From assembly GCF_001548275.1 (NCBI RefSeq), contig NZ_AP014945.1, forward strand, positions 1,380,001-1,412,000: 32,000 nt of DNA. Direction: 5' to 3'. This stretch comes from Caldimicrobium thiodismutans (GTDB lineage: Bacteria; Desulfobacterota; Thermodesulfobacteria; Thermodesulfobacteriales; Thermodesulfobacteriaceae). Both the position numbers and the translations under genes were made by a program. Shown one piece after another: positions 1-8,499 of the stretch (position 1 is the first letter of the stretch; each line of letters begins with the position of its first letter). Under the pieces are notes generated by a model. The model was not told the DNA's origin. It made no database searches and was given only the letters and a program-made list of their open reading frames with translations.

Positions 1-1779
1 GTGACCTCCTTTGGGAAGGATGAACCCATGGGAAGCTATGATGATATCTATCATGCGGATTGCTTTTTTATAATTGGTTCAAACATGAGTGAGGCCCATC
101 CTGTTATTTTTAGACTTGTTATGGAACAAAAGAGAAAGAGAAATGTTAAAATCGTTGTTGTAGATCCACGGAAAACCCTTACGGCAAGAAATGCAGATTT
201 ATATCTTGATTTCGTTCCGGGAACAGACCTTTTCATCCTTCATGCTATGGCCCATGTCATTGTAAAGGAAAAACTTTATAATAAAGACTTTTTTGACAAA
301 CATGCTGTTTTTAAAAAGATGGGACCAGATAACAAACCTGTTAATGTCACCTTTGACGAATATGTAAAGTTTCTTGAAGAATACACTCCTGAGCTTGCAG
401 AGCAAAAATCAGGATGTCCTAAGGAAAAGATTATTCAAGCAGCAAGGTGGTTTGCTACCTCTAAAGCTACCATGAGCTTCTGGTGTATGGGAATAAATCA
501 GAGGACAAGGGGGGTCTGGGCCAATAATCTCATTCATAATCTCCATCTTCTTACTGGTCAGATCTGCAGACCAGGGGCAACTCCATTTTCCCTAACAGGA
601 CAGCCTAATGCCTGTGGTGGTATTCGTGATGTGGGATTGCTTTCTCACCTTCTTCCTTACGGGAGAGTTATTGCTAATGAAAAGCATAGAGCAGAAATGG
701 AAGAATTCTGGGGGATTCCCAAGGGAAGAATTCATTCAAAACCAGGACCTACTGCTATTGAGTTATTCACAAAATTTGCAGAAGGAGAAATTAAGTGTCT
801 CTGGGTGGTCTGCACAAATCCTGGGCAGAGTCTTCCAAATCTCCAAAAATATAGAAAGGGTATGGCAAGTGGGGACACCTTTTTAGTGGTTAGTGAGGCC
901 TATCATCCCAGTAGAACTTCAGAGCTTGCAGATCTTGTTTTGCCAGCAGCCCTCTGGTGTGAAAAAGAAGGAACCTATGGACAATCTGAGAGAAGATATC
1001 AATATTTGCCTCAGGTTATAAAGCCCCTTGGTGAAGCAAAATCAGACTTCGAAGTAATCTTAACTTTTGCAAGAAAGCTTTTAACTGCCCTGGGAAGAGA
1101 AGATGAAGCTAAGAAATTATTCCCCTATAAAACTACTGAAGATGTCTGGAATGAAATGAGAGCATGTTCTAAAAATACAGTTTACAATTTCTGGGGTATG
1201 ACAAGAGCAAGACTGATTAAAGAACATGGTATGCTCTGGCCTGTTCCTACTGAAGATTACCCAGCCCCAGGCACATTACGGCGCTTTACTGCCAAATATG
1301 GAGATCCCCTGGTTAAAAAGTTTGATCCCAAAGCTGAAGATATTTCCTTCTATGGAAATCCTGCGGATGGAAACAGGGCTATAATCTGGCTTAGACCTGC
1401 AGTGGGGCCTGCTGAACCTGCGGATAAAGATTATCCCTTTGTTCTTACTACTGGGCGCCTTATTGAACACTGGCATACGGGCACAATGACTATGAAGGTT
1501 CCTGAACTTATGAGGGCTGCGCCTCAGGCCTTTGTAGAAATTAATCCTAAAGATGCTCAAAAGCTTGGGATTAAAACGGGAGATAAAGTGCGTCTAACCT
1601 CACGCAGGGGAAGTATTGTCCTTCCTGCCAAAGTAGTTGATATTCCAAGACCAGGAGTGTTATTTGTGCCCTTCCACTATCCTGAAAAACTTATAAATGA
1701 CTTAGTCACCGATGCCTTTGATGCCCTTTCCAAACAGCCTGAATTTAAAATCTCTGCGGTAAGGATTGAGAAGGTTTAA
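1..1779 (+). CDS. napA: Periplasmic nitrate reductase catalytic subunit NapA (Mo-bisPGD oxidoreductase); C-terminal ~590 aa, 5' end lies outside the window
   Basis: Long ORF open to the window edge. It shows molybdopterin-oxidoreductase blocks (CFFIIGSNMSEAHPV, VVVDPR, TGRLIEHWHTGTMT, KISAVRIEKV tail). It is followed directly by napD/napG/napH homologues. Confidence 0.85.
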   Translation: MTSFGKDEPMGSYDDIYHADCFFIIGSNMSEAHPVIFRLVMEQKRKRNVKIVVVDPRKTLTARNADLYLDFVPGTDLFILHAMAHVIVKEKLYNKDFFDKHAVFKKMGPDNKPVNVTFDEYVKFLEEYTPELAEQKSGCPKEKIIQAARWFATSKATMSFWCMGINQRTRGVWANNLIHNLHLLTGQICRPGATPFSLTGQPNACGGIRDVGLLSHLLPYGRVIANEKHRAEMEEFWGIPKGRIHSKPGPTAIELFTKFAEGEIKCLWVVCTNPGQSLPNLQKYRKGMASGDTFLVVSEAYHPSRTSELADLVLPAALWCEKEGTYGQSERRYQYLPQVIKPLGEAKSDFEVILTFARKLLTALGREDEAKKLFPYKTTEDVWNEMRACSKNTVYNFWGMTRARLIKEHGMLWPVPTEDYPAPGTLRRFTAKYGDPLVKKFDPKAEDISFYGNPADGNRAIIWLRPAVGPAEPADKDYPFVLTTGRLIEHWHTGTMTMKVPELMRAAPQAFVEINPKDAQKLGIKTGDKVRLTSRRGSIVLPAKVVDIPRPGVLFVPFHYPEKLINDLVTDAFDALSKQPEFKISAVRIEKV

Positions 1780-1780
1780 A

Positions 1781-2014
1781 ATGCTTTATATTGGGGTAAT
1801 GATTGATCTTGCCGAGAGGGGGGCTGAAAAGGCCCTCTCGGCCCTTCCTTTTTTAACTATATATGGAAGTAAAGAGGATAAACTTATTGGAGTAATAGAA
1901 GTTCAGGATTTAGAGGAATGGAAAAGAGTAAATGAAATTCTTTTAAATATTCCAGGATTTTTAGGTCTATCTATACTTTCATCATTTCAAGAAGATCGCG
2001 AAGGGAGTTCTTAA
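1781..2014 (+). CDS. napD: NapD-like NapA maturation chaperone (77 aa)
   Basis: ATG at 1781 lies 1 nt after the napA stop. The size, the position and a GVIEV...IPGFLGLSI pattern resemble NapD. The track ORF starts at an upstream TTG inside napA. Confidence 0.6.
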   Translation: MLYIGVMIDLAERGAEKALSALPFLTIYGSKEDKLIGVIEVQDLEEWKRVNEILLNIPGFLGLSILSSFQEDREGSS

Positions 2015-2020
2015 AGACGA

Positions 2021-2497
2021 ATGTTTATCAAAAGTTTTCTTCGTCCTCCCGGGGCAGTAAGGGAGTCTGAATTTGTAAAAAAATGTCTTAGATGTGGAAA
2101 GTGCCAGCAGATCTGTCCATATAATAGCATTGTGCTTACCTCCTGGGAAAATCCCTTTTATTTTGGTCTGCCTTATATTATTGCCAGAAAAAAACCCTGT
2201 TATCTCTGCATGAAATGTCCTCCTGTGTGTCCCAGTGGCGCCCTGGATAGAACCCTGAGTGATAAGAATAAAGTCAAAATGGGAGTGGCCAAGATTAATA
2301 AAAATACTTGCTGGGCTTATCAGGGAAGTTTTTGCAGAGCCTGTTTTATGAACTGTCCCATTTTTGATAAGGCCTTAAAAATGACAGATGAGCTTTTACC
2401 TGTGGTTATTGAAAAATACTGTGTAGGGTGTGGTATCTGTGAAAATGTTTGCCCTGTTGAGCCATCAGCCATAATTATTGAACCAAAGAAAGATTAA
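2021..2497 (+). CDS. napG: NapG-type poly-ferredoxin (4x Cys clusters), no N-terminal signal peptide
   Basis: LRPPGAV..F...CLRCGKCQQICPY, CYLCMKCPPVCPSGALDR, CRACFMNCP and CVGCGICENVCP line up with E. coli NapG motifs as recalled. Confidence 0.75.
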   Translation: MFIKSFLRPPGAVRESEFVKKCLRCGKCQQICPYNSIVLTSWENPFYFGLPYIIARKKPCYLCMKCPPVCPSGALDRTLSDKNKVKMGVAKINKNTCWAYQGSFCRACFMNCPIFDKALKMTDELLPVVIEKYCVGCGICENVCPVEPSAIIIEPKKD

Positions 2498-2498
2498 G

Positions 2499-3320
2499 AT
2501 GAAAAGTTTTTTCGTAGGTAAAATTACTTTAATAAGAAGATTTTTACAGATAGGAACCTGGATTTTTTTCTTTGTGGTTTACTATACCTCTCATAGACAG
2601 AGTTTTTTCTTGGGTTCCTTTTATTCCTTTAAAATTGGCCCAATTCATATTGTAGATCCTTATATTTATCTTACCTACCTTTTTCGAAATCTTTTTAAAC
2701 CTGATTTTTATATCTTTACCATTATGGGCTTTTTTATTCCTATTTTAATAGCCTTTTTTCTTGGAAGGGTTTTTTGCAGTTGGGTCTGCCCTTATAATTT
2801 TTTATACGAAATCCTTGAATATCTGAAAACTCTTTTTTTAAAAAGAAAACCCCTCTTTTATTTTATGACCTCATCAAGAAATAAAAAAATCTGGTTAATT
2901 ATAGCCCTCTTCTTGGGAACTTTTATTTCCCCTCTTCCCTATTATCTTTTAATGCCAGGGCTTCTTTCTGTTCTTTTACATCAACTTATTCTTCACCTCT
3001 ATTCCTTGATCTTATTTAGCACTCTTTTGATAATAACAATTCTTGTGATAGATCTTTTTTTCAAAAAAAGAATTTGGTGCAATTTTATTTGTCCCACAGG
3101 AATTATTTTGGGTTTAGCTAAATGGAAAAGAGGTTTGAGGGTTCTTAAAAGGGAAGATTTAACCTGTAAAGAGTGTGCCCTTTGCAGTTTTGAGTGTCCC
3201 CTTGGTTTAACTCCTCACCTTGGAAATCATTTAGAGAATTGCTATAATTGTGGTAAATGTGTAGATACCTGTATGGCTCTGCGAAAGAAAGAGAATCCTT
3301 TAAGCTTTAAAATTCTCTAA
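2499..3320 (+). CDS. napH: NapH-type membrane quinol dehydrogenase / polyferredoxin
   Basis: Several TM segments. Two CxxxCP motifs (FCSWVCPYN, WCNFICPTG) and two C-terminal CxxCxxCxxxC clusters. ATG at 2499 lies 1 nt after the napG stop (track start 2478 is a TTG). Confidence 0.8.
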   Translation: MKSFFVGKITLIRRFLQIGTWIFFFVVYYTSHRQSFFLGSFYSFKIGPIHIVDPYIYLTYLFRNLFKPDFYIFTIMGFFIPILIAFFLGRVFCSWVCPYNFLYEILEYLKTLFLKRKPLFYFMTSSRNKKIWLIIALFLGTFISPLPYYLLMPGLLSVLLHQLILHLYSLILFSTLLIITILVIDLFFKKRIWCNFICPTGIILGLAKWKRGLRVLKREDLTCKECALCSFECPLGLTPHLGNHLENCYNCGKCVDTCMALRKKENPLSFKIL

Positions 3321-3999
3321 ATTTATAGCCCTGGCCATAAATTGTGAGAATATATTCGGGTAAGGAGGGATCGTCTTCAATTTTATCTCTTAAATGCTTT
3401 ATGTGAACATCGAGTACTCTACTCCAGTTATAAACCTCTTTATCTTTCCAAAGGACTTCTTTTATTTCCTCCCTTGAAAAGACTTTACCAGGTTTTGAAA
3501 GAAGAAGACTTAAGATAGCCCATTCCTTAGGAGTTAAAGAAATTTCTTTTCCCCGTTTGTAAATCTTTTTTCCTTCAAAATCAATTTCCAGGTCTTTAAT
3601 TTTTAAGATTCTTTGATCCCTTTTGGTATAAATTTCCTTTTTTCTTAATAAGGCTTTGCATCTTGCAACAAGCTCAAGGGGTTCAAAGGGTTTAGCAAGG
3701 TAATCATCAGCCCCAAGTTCAAAACCAATAACCTTATCTGAAACTGAACTTTTAGCAGTAAGGAGAAGCACAGGTAGTAATGGATAAAATCTTTTGACTT
3801 CCTTCAACCATTCAAGACCACTTTCATCTGGAAGCATTATATCAAGAATGATTAAATCCGGAAAGTTTTTTTCAAAGAGAGCTCTTGCCTCAGTAATTGA
3901 CCCTGCCTGATAGGCTTTAAAGTCTTCCAGTTCAAGAAAGGCTGAGACTACTTTCAAGATATCTGGATCATCATCAACTATTAGTATTTTCTTTTCCAT
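3307..3999 (-). CDS. OmpR/PhoB-family response regulator (receiver + winged-helix)
   Basis: KILIVDDD...ILDIMLPDESG receiver motifs. C-terminal winged-helix pattern LTPKEWAILSLL...GQGYKF. The 3' end overlaps the napH 3' end by 14 nt (convergent). Confidence 0.9.
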   Translation of the reverse strand: MEKKILIVDDDPDILKVVSAFLELEDFKAYQAGSITEARALFEKNFPDLIILDIMLPDESGLEWLKEVKRFYPLLPVLLLTAKSSVSDKVIGFELGADDYLAKPFEPLELVARCKALLRKKEIYTKRDQRILKIKDLEIDFEGKKIYKRGKEISLTPKEWAILSLLLSKPGKVFSREEIKEVLWKDKEVYNWSRVLDVHIKHLRDKIEDDPSLPEYILTIYGQGYKFREF

Positions 4000-5659
4000 A
4001 TTTTTTAACTATATCTAAATAATGGGGAATTTCAATATAAAAGAGAGAGCCCCTGGAGCGACTTAGAGCACCAATGATTCCTCCATGGGCCTCAACATAG
4101 GCCTTGGTAATTGCAAGACCAAGCCCAAATCCTGTAGATTCACCTTTATAAAATTTTTCAAATACCTTATCTATTTCAACCTCACTTAGGCCCTTACCTT
4201 GATCTTCAACCTCAATTCGTATTCTTTCCTCTTTAGTGTAAGCAAAAATCTTAATAGTTCCATATAAAGGTGAAAACTTAATGGCATTATGTAGTAAATT
4301 ACTCAGGATCACTCCCATTTTTTCACGATCAGCTCTTATAAAAAGGTCATCCTGAACATTAATCTCAAAAATTAAATTCTTTTCCAAGCTTAGGCCCTTT
4401 AAGCTTTCAATTACTTCATTGATAAGTTCCTTTAGTTTAAAGGAGGTTATTTCAAGATCTAAGAGATTGGCCTCGGACTTTTCAAGATCAATAAGGGCAT
4501 TAAAAAGCTGAATCAGTCTTTTAAGATTTTTTAAAGATATCTCCAGAAATTCCTCTAATCTTTCATGTTCCTCTTTATTGAGTTTATCCTTTTGAAGCCC
4601 AAGGTAATGGCGAATAAAATCAAGGCTCCCTTTAATTGAAGTTAAGGGGGTCTTTATCTCATGGGCCATATGGGTAATCAAAAATTTTCTCTTTTCAAGA
4701 AGGCCCTGAAGAGTTATATTTTTCTCCTCAAGGGCTCTGGTTACCTCCTTAATACGCTCTTCCATCTTTTCTTGATAAAAATTTATTTCTCTGATAAAAT
4801 TGTTAATACTTTCAATAAGTATTTGCCATTCATTAGTGACAATTTTATTACTTTTATAAGATATCTGCCCTCCTTTTCCATAAAGATTTTTTAAAATATT
4901 TAATAAACTAATAATACAATAGAGAGGTTTAAAAATAAATCTATTTGAGAGAAAAATAACAGAAAAATTTAGCCCTAAGAAGAAGATTAAAAATAGCCAT
5001 AAAAAGATTTTTTTATAATAGCTAATGCGAGAAAAAGTCTCCTCAAGAGGTATAAAAATACTTATAGCTCCCCTAATTTGACCTTCTTTATATCCCTGAA
5101 GATAATGGCACTTAAGACAAGCCTTTTCAGTTTTAATAGGTTTAATAAGTCTAAAGTAGTAGTTATGATTGATTTTTTCAATTCTTGAAAATTCCTCCAG
5201 ATTATTATTCATCTCAAAAAAATATAGGGCCTCTTCTTCAGTTTTATCTGGCTTATTAAAGGGATTGATATATTTAAGGCTTGTGAGCTTAAACCAATAA
5301 AGATTATTAGTGCGGGCAAGATCAGAAAGTTGACGAGTAATAAGGGCAGGATTTTGCTTAATAAGGATCCTTCCTTCCCGGGTAAGAATTTTGGTCTTTT
5401 CCCCTATTTTCTGTAAATAAGGATTTTCTTCAACCCAAGGAAGTTTTTCAACATAAATACCCCCATGTTCAGCTATCCATTTACGAGTTATAACTATCTG
5501 TTGATAAACTGTGAGAGCCTGCTTTTTTACCTGAAGCAGAAATACTTTTTCCAAATAATTAAATAGATATATTAGAGGAAGAAGTAAAAGAAAAAGGATT
5601 AATAGATTTAAAGAAAGAATAAACCTTTGAGTAATTTTAAGTTTTAAACTTTCAAGCAT
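3974..5659 (-). CDS. Sensor histidine kinase with a periplasmic DUF3365/Tll0287-like domain carrying a CxxCH haem-c motif
   Basis: Two TM segments flank a ~175-aa domain containing CLKCH (nt 5105-5119). H-box HMAHEIKTPLTSI; N/G boxes LLHNAIKFS, DQGKGL, GFGLGLAI. Start taken at ATG 5659, 6 nt after the upstream stop; the track start 5716 is also possible. Confidence 0.85.
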   Translation of the reverse strand: MLESLKLKITQRFILSLNLLILFLLLLPLIYLFNYLEKVFLLQVKKQALTVYQQIVITRKWIAEHGGIYVEKLPWVEENPYLQKIGEKTKILTREGRILIKQNPALITRQLSDLARTNNLYWFKLTSLKYINPFNKPDKTEEEALYFFEMNNNLEEFSRIEKINHNYYFRLIKPIKTEKACLKCHYLQGYKEGQIRGAISIFIPLEETFSRISYYKKIFLWLFLIFFLGLNFSVIFLSNRFIFKPLYCIISLLNILKNLYGKGGQISYKSNKIVTNEWQILIESINNFIREINFYQEKMEERIKEVTRALEEKNITLQGLLEKRKFLITHMAHEIKTPLTSIKGSLDFIRHYLGLQKDKLNKEEHERLEEFLEISLKNLKRLIQLFNALIDLEKSEANLLDLEITSFKLKELINEVIESLKGLSLEKNLIFEINVQDDLFIRADREKMGVILSNLLHNAIKFSPLYGTIKIFAYTKEERIRIEVEDQGKGLSEVEIDKVFEKFYKGESTGFGLGLAITKAYVEAHGGIIGALSRSRGSLFYIEIPHYLDIVKKYGKENTNS

Positions 5660-5664
5660 GCTTG

Positions 5665-6753
5665 CTAAGTTTTTTTTCTTATATATTTGGGCATTTTTAG
5701 ATATATAAGTTTCCAATAAAAATAGACATAAAATAATCCAAAAAGAAAACTGATAAAAAGGAGAGCCAAAGTATGATCCCAGAATAAAAGGGCAGGAATG
5801 ACGCTTAACATGGTTAAGGCCCAGAGAAAAGGTGAGGTCAGAGCATTTCTCAAGGTCTTATCAGCTAAAGGACCAAGAAGCCATTTGGTTATGATTTTAA
5901 AAATTATGGAATGAAGATGCAAAGCATCAGGAAGACCTGGGGAGGTCCCTTTGATAACTTTTCTTCTATAAATAGAAAAAAGGGTTTCAAAGATGGGATA
6001 AATACAGACAAGAAAAGGAAACCATGGAGAGACCTCAGGGTGTTTATTAACAAGAAGAACAGATATTTCAGCTATATAAAAACCTGTAAAATAGGCACCA
6101 CTATCCCCAAGAAAAATAAAACCTGCAGGATAATTCAAAAGAAAAAAACCCGTTAATGCTCCTACAAGACTTAAAGCAAAAGTAGTTAAAAAGTAATCAC
6201 TTAACTTATAACTCACAAAGGAAAGGGAAAGAAGGATTATAATAGAGACCATACTGGCAAGACCATTAAAGCCATCGATGATATTTATAGAATTTGTTAC
6301 CCCAGTTACTGCAAAGACAGTAAAGAAAAAGGATATTAAAGAGATGGAAAGGGCAAGATCAATTCCAGGAAGATCTAAACGGGTAATCTTTGCAGAAAGA
6401 AAAAAAATGGCAAGGCAAGCAGAAATTCCAATTAGTCCAAGTCTCCATTTTACTTTAAGCCTACCCGTTAAGTCTTCCCCTAATCCTGCTAAAAAGGCAG
6501 GTAAAACAGCTGAATAAAGGAGAACATATTCTTTTCTAAAGGCATCTCCCTTTAAGAAGCTTAGACCGGCACAGGCCCCAAGGGCAAGAAAAAGCCCAAT
6601 TCCTCCGAGCCTTGGGGCTGGCATTTGGTGTAATCTCTGGGGACCCTCGTGCAGTCCCTCAGATAGAAGTTTTCTATATTTATAACTTAACCTGATAACA
6701 AGAATTGAGGAAAAAAAGGAAATTATAAAGGCCAAAATTAAATAGTGCAACAT
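5665..6753 (-). CDS. Glycosyltransferase family 4, polyprenyl-phosphate sugar-1-phosphate transferase (WecA/MraY-like)
   Basis: About 10 TM segments. NSINIIDGFNGLA (NxxNxxDGxDGL-type) motif and FLGDSGAY motif. Confidence 0.8.
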   Translation of the reverse strand: MLHYLILAFIISFFSSILVIRLSYKYRKLLSEGLHEGPQRLHQMPAPRLGGIGLFLALGACAGLSFLKGDAFRKEYVLLYSAVLPAFLAGLGEDLTGRLKVKWRLGLIGISACLAIFFLSAKITRLDLPGIDLALSISLISFFFTVFAVTGVTNSINIIDGFNGLASMVSIIILLSLSFVSYKLSDYFLTTFALSLVGALTGFFLLNYPAGFIFLGDSGAYFTGFYIAEISVLLVNKHPEVSPWFPFLVCIYPIFETLFSIYRRKVIKGTSPGLPDALHLHSIIFKIITKWLLGPLADKTLRNALTSPFLWALTMLSVIPALLFWDHTLALLFISFLFGLFYVYFYWKLIYLKMPKYIRKKT

Positions 6754-6853
6754 TTTTATAAATTTAACCTGACTTTCAGAAAATTAAAGTATCCTCTCAA
6801 ACTTAAGTAGCTCCAAAATTAGAGATGTGATTTTTGTTTGGAAAGAGGTTTTT

Positions 6854-7000
6854 TGCATAAGTTCATATCCTTAAAAGAAAAGGGATGGTTGGTAAGAGGT
6901 AAGAGGTGAGAGGTGTGAAGTGAGAGGTGAAAGGAAAAGTGGCAGAAAAAGCTTCGTTAAGTTTTAAAAGATTATAGATGTATGCACCTATATTGACAAA
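6854..7000 (+). repeat. Intergenic cassette copy A (left arm + heptad tract + diverged right arm with TTGACA)
   Basis: Left arm 6854-6881 matches 22002-22029 at 26/28 positions. Right arm 6959-7000 resembles 22090-22130 with indels. Confidence 0.7.
6891..6932 (+). repeat. Degenerate tandem heptamer GGTRAGA x6, inside a ~70-nt stretch with no C on the + strand
   Basis: Read directly as ggtaaga ggtaaga ggtgaga ggtgtga agtgaga ggtgaaa. No cytosine from about 6873 to 6942. Confidence 0.85.
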
Positions 7001-7021
7001 TGGCTATAAAGGTATTAAATT
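6993..7021 (+). promoter_or_regulatory. Putative sigma70-type promoter of arsR (-35 TTGACA 6993-6998, 17 nt spacer, -10 TAAATT 7016-7021)
   Basis: Consensus -35 with 17-nt spacing to an A/T hexamer. The predicted start falls about 7028-7029, at the ATG. Confidence 0.4.
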
Positions 7022-7028
7022 TAAAAAT

Positions 7029-7388
7029 ATGCAGATTAAGAGACTATCCCAGAAGCTTAAGGCTCTTTCTGATCCTAACAGGCTTAAGATCCTCTATCTT
7101 TTAAGTATCAGGCCCTGCTGTGTTTGTGAGCTAACTCAGCTTCTCGGAGTATCTCAGCCAACTCTTACCAAACACCTTCAAAAATTAGAGCAAGCAGGCT
7201 TTATAACAAGCTCTCGGAAAAAATTTTATCAGATTTATTCTCTTGCCTTTGAGGATGAATTTACTAAAGAGCTTGTTGAGAAAATTTTGTTTGTTCTGAA
7301 AGATAGGCCTGAGATTCTCGAAACTGCTAAAAAATTAAGGGAGATACCTATTTATTGTGAGGGGGAAATTTGTGAAAAAAAGCGCTGA
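7029..7388 (+). CDS. arsR: ArsR/SmtB-family metalloregulator
   Basis: LSDPNRLKILYLL..CCVCEL..LLGVSQPTLTKHLQKLEQAGF: wHTH plus a CCxC As(III)-type site. Start taken at ATG 7029 because the track start 6978 lies upstream of the predicted promoter. Confidence 0.8.
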   Translation: MQIKRLSQKLKALSDPNRLKILYLLSIRPCCVCELTQLLGVSQPTLTKHLQKLEQAGFITSSRKKFYQIYSLAFEDEFTKELVEKILFVLKDRPEILETAKKLREIPIYCEGEICEKKR

Positions 7389-8496
7389 AAAATCTGAGAG
7401 ACTATCAAGATTTGAGAGGTTACTTACGCTTTGGATTTTTTTAGCTATGGTAGCAGGAGTTTCTCTTGGTTATATTTATCCACCCATAGGCGATCTTATA
7501 AGTTCTTTGAGTGTAGGAACTACTTCTCTCCCCATAGCCCTTGGTTTAATTCTTATGATGTATCCTCCTCTTGCCAAGGTGAAATATGAGGCTATGCCAC
7601 AGTCTCTGGGTTTCGCTATGATTTTGGAAAGACAGAGAGGAAAATTACCACTGGAAATGAAAAAAAAAGCTTATTTGAATCTGAAGCTTCTCGGTTTTTC
7701 TCTTTTTCAGAACTGGATTGCTGGCCCTCTGGTTATGTGGATTCTTGCTGTTCTTCTTTTAAGAGACTATCCAGGCTATATGATGGGAGTGATTCTTGTT
7801 GGACTTGCCAGATGTATTGCTATGGTGATTGTCTGGAATGACCTTGCAGAAGGAGACCGAGAATTAGCTGTAGGTCTTGTCTCCTTTAATGCTATCTTTC
7901 AGGTGCTTTTTTATGCAGTTTATATCTACCTTTTTATTACCTTAGGGCTAAAACTTATTGGCTTTGGTGAAGTTCAGGCTGAGGTTTCCATAAAAGAGGC
8001 TGCTAAAACCGTTTTTATTTATCTTGGAATCCCCTTTATTATGGGTTTAATAACAAGATATGGCAGTTTTGCACTGAAAGGAAGGGTTTGGTTTGAAAAA
8101 GTTCTTTCTCCAAAGATAAGTTTTATAACTCCTGCAGCTCTTCTTTACACCATAGTCCTTATGTTTTCTCTTAAGGGACAGTTGATTGTTGAGCTACCTC
8201 TTCATGTTTTAAGGGTTGCTCTTCCCCTTACCCTTTATTTTTTAATTATGTGGTTTGTGACTTTTTTTGTTACCTATAGATTGGGTGTGGAGTATCCTAA
8301 GGCTACAGCGGTATCCTTTACAGCAGCCAGTAATGATTTTGAACTTGCCATTGCTGTAGCCGTTGCTATCTGGGGAATTCAAAGTGATCAGGCCTTTGCA
8401 ACAGTTATTGGCCCTTTACTTGAGGTGCCCATACTAATTTTTTTAGTTAATGTAGCTCTAAAGCTTAGGGAGAGACTTTATAGGGAGGGGAATTAA
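7372..8496 (+). CDS. acr3: ACR3-family arsenite efflux permease
   Basis: LSRFERLLTLWIF, MMYPPLAKVKYE, GLARCIAMVIVWNDLAEGD and ASNDFELAIAVA are typical ACR3 blocks. GTG 7372 follows GAGGGGGAAA; the track start is GTG 7357. Confidence 0.85.
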   Translation: MKKSAEKSERLSRFERLLTLWIFLAMVAGVSLGYIYPPIGDLISSLSVGTTSLPIALGLILMMYPPLAKVKYEAMPQSLGFAMILERQRGKLPLEMKKKAYLNLKLLGFSLFQNWIAGPLVMWILAVLLLRDYPGYMMGVILVGLARCIAMVIVWNDLAEGDRELAVGLVSFNAIFQVLFYAVYIYLFITLGLKLIGFGEVQAEVSIKEAAKTVFIYLGIPFIMGLITRYGSFALKGRVWFEKVLSPKISFITPAALLYTIVLMFSLKGQLIVELPLHVLRVALPLTLYFLIMWFVTFFVTYRLGVEYPKATAVSFTAASNDFELAIAVAVAIWGIQSDQAFATVIGPLLEVPILIFLVNVALKLRERLYREGN

Positions 8497-8499
8497 GGT

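Noticed and set aside
51-1560. Short antisense or alternate-frame ORFs inside napA (51..236-, 199..405-, 608..886+, 1276..1560-). Analogous ones lie inside the kinase, glycosyltransferase, permease, roo, dfx, pheT, pheS, rpmI, rlmE, sbcD, dapB, mrp, DUF364 and DUF218 genes.
   Set aside because: Each is nested in a longer ORF with clear family motifs. None has its own SD or a recognisable domain.
6891-6932. The heptad array as a CRISPR-like or CsrA/RsmA-sponge RNA.
   Set aside because: There are no spacers of unique sequence and the period is only 7 nt, so it is not CRISPR. The units are GGTGAGA-type and lack the A(N)GGA loop motifs typical of Csr/Rsm sRNAs.
6978-7028. Upstream ATG start for arsR (MYAPILTNGYKGIKFKN).
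   Set aside because: The only good promoter hexamers lie inside this extension, and ArsR homology begins after the second Met. Kept as an alternative only.
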